Assembly (NCBI GenBank): GCA_050250895.1
Contig: JBFWNU010000006.1
Coordinates: 55,513 to 119,512, forward strand
DNA: 64,000 bases
Source of the DNA: Vulcanimicrobiota bacterium
GTDB taxonomy: Bacteria > Vulcanimicrobiota > Xenobia > Xenobiales > JADMJV01
Reading direction: 5' to 3'
Part shown: piece by piece, positions 63,444 to 64,000 of the stretch
Layout: every line of letters begins with the position of its first letter
How positions within the stretch are numbered: the stretch's first letter is position 1
Notes under the pieces: generated by a model
Told to the model about the DNA's origin: nothing
Seen by the model: only the letters and a program-made list of their open reading frames with translations
Database searches by the model: none
Translations under genes and position numbers: made by a program

Positions 63444-64000
63444 ATGAAAGAACGCCGCATCACCAACCGATTTCCCAGCGATTGCCTGGTCCGCTACGGC
63501 CGGCCCGGTAACTATTGCGTGGGGGTGGTCAAGGATATCAGTCTGGATGGGCTGCGTCTGTCTTGCCAACAGCCGCTAGACCTCGGTGAAGAAATCGAGA
63601 TCGCGCCGCTCGACTTCAACGACGCCAGCCCGGTGGTTTGTTGGGTGCAATGGAGCGAGCATTCCCGTCAAACGGCTCAGGCCGGCCTGCAGTTTCAGGC
63701 TCCCGTGGCGCGCGTGATGGGCACCTGGGTGGGTGGCCTGCTGCGCGGTCAGAACGACCTTTTACAGCGACGAAGTCACGTGCGCGTGCCGCTCGAGCTA
63801 CCGGTAACGGTGTCCGAGTCGGGCATCTCCGTGCAGGGTCGCCTGGTCGACCTGTGCGAAGGTGGCGGACTGCTCTCCTGTTCTTCGCTGTTTTCGACCG
63901 GAACCCAATTGAGCCTGAGCGCCGAGGGTCTCGACGCGGTCGAGGCTGTGGTCATGGCTGGCCGCTTCGCTCAGGACAGCTGGAACTACAGCTTGCGCTT
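63444..64000 (+). CDS. Tandem PilZ-domain protein (3'-truncated by window; absent from the ORF track)
   Basis: AAAGGAG RBS; manual translation MKERRITNRF...KDISLDGL and QRRSHVRV...VDLCEGGG gives two RxxxR plus D-x-S/C-x-x-G motifs. Confidence 0.85.
   Translation, partial: MKERRITNRFPSDCLVRYGRPGNYCVGVVKDISLDGLRLSCQQPLDLGEEIEIAPLDFNDASPVVCWVQWSEHSRQTAQAGLQFQAPVARVMGTWVGGLLRGQNDLLQRRSHVRVPLELPVTVSESGISVQGRLVDLCEGGGLLSCSSLFSTGTQLSLSAEGLDAVEAVVMAGRFAQDSWNYSLR

Overview
A 64-kb, GC-rich, gene-dense stretch of bacterial chromosome with about 60 CDS. I see no rRNA, tRNA, CRISPR array, transposase or prophage module. Gene style suggests Eremiobacterota/Vulcanimicrobiota, but this is inference only. 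Housekeeping and metabolic genes include dusB, pta, rpe, ade, codB, clpS, larE-larB-larC, yihA, a DegP-type protease and a prolyl oligopeptidase. Signalling genes are abundant: a PASTA Ser/Thr kinase, an FHA-histidine kinase, a kinase-propeller protein, GGDEF/EAL proteins and a tandem PilZ protein. The most notable observations are: (1) a translationally coupled pair of apparent pseudo-enzymes, a TPR protein fused to a catalytically dead Lon protease domain and a ClpC-like protein that lacks AAA ring 1, has a degenerate ring 2, yet keeps the ClpP-docking VGF motif (3887-7185); (2) a Rab-like small GTPase embedded in a two-component/metallo-hydrolase operon, divergent from a coiled-coil plus BON/OmpA pair (36577-42718); (3) a non-coding, hairpin-rich ~123-bp tandem array bounded by inverted repeats (22863-23406); (4) an orphan, degenerate McrB-like reader-NTPase; (5) three unlinked low-complexity proteins lacking signal peptides that share 11-bp-phased upstream boxes; (6) a dispersed 30-bp heptamer-phased element over stop codons. 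All family calls come from motif recognition by eye, not database searches.
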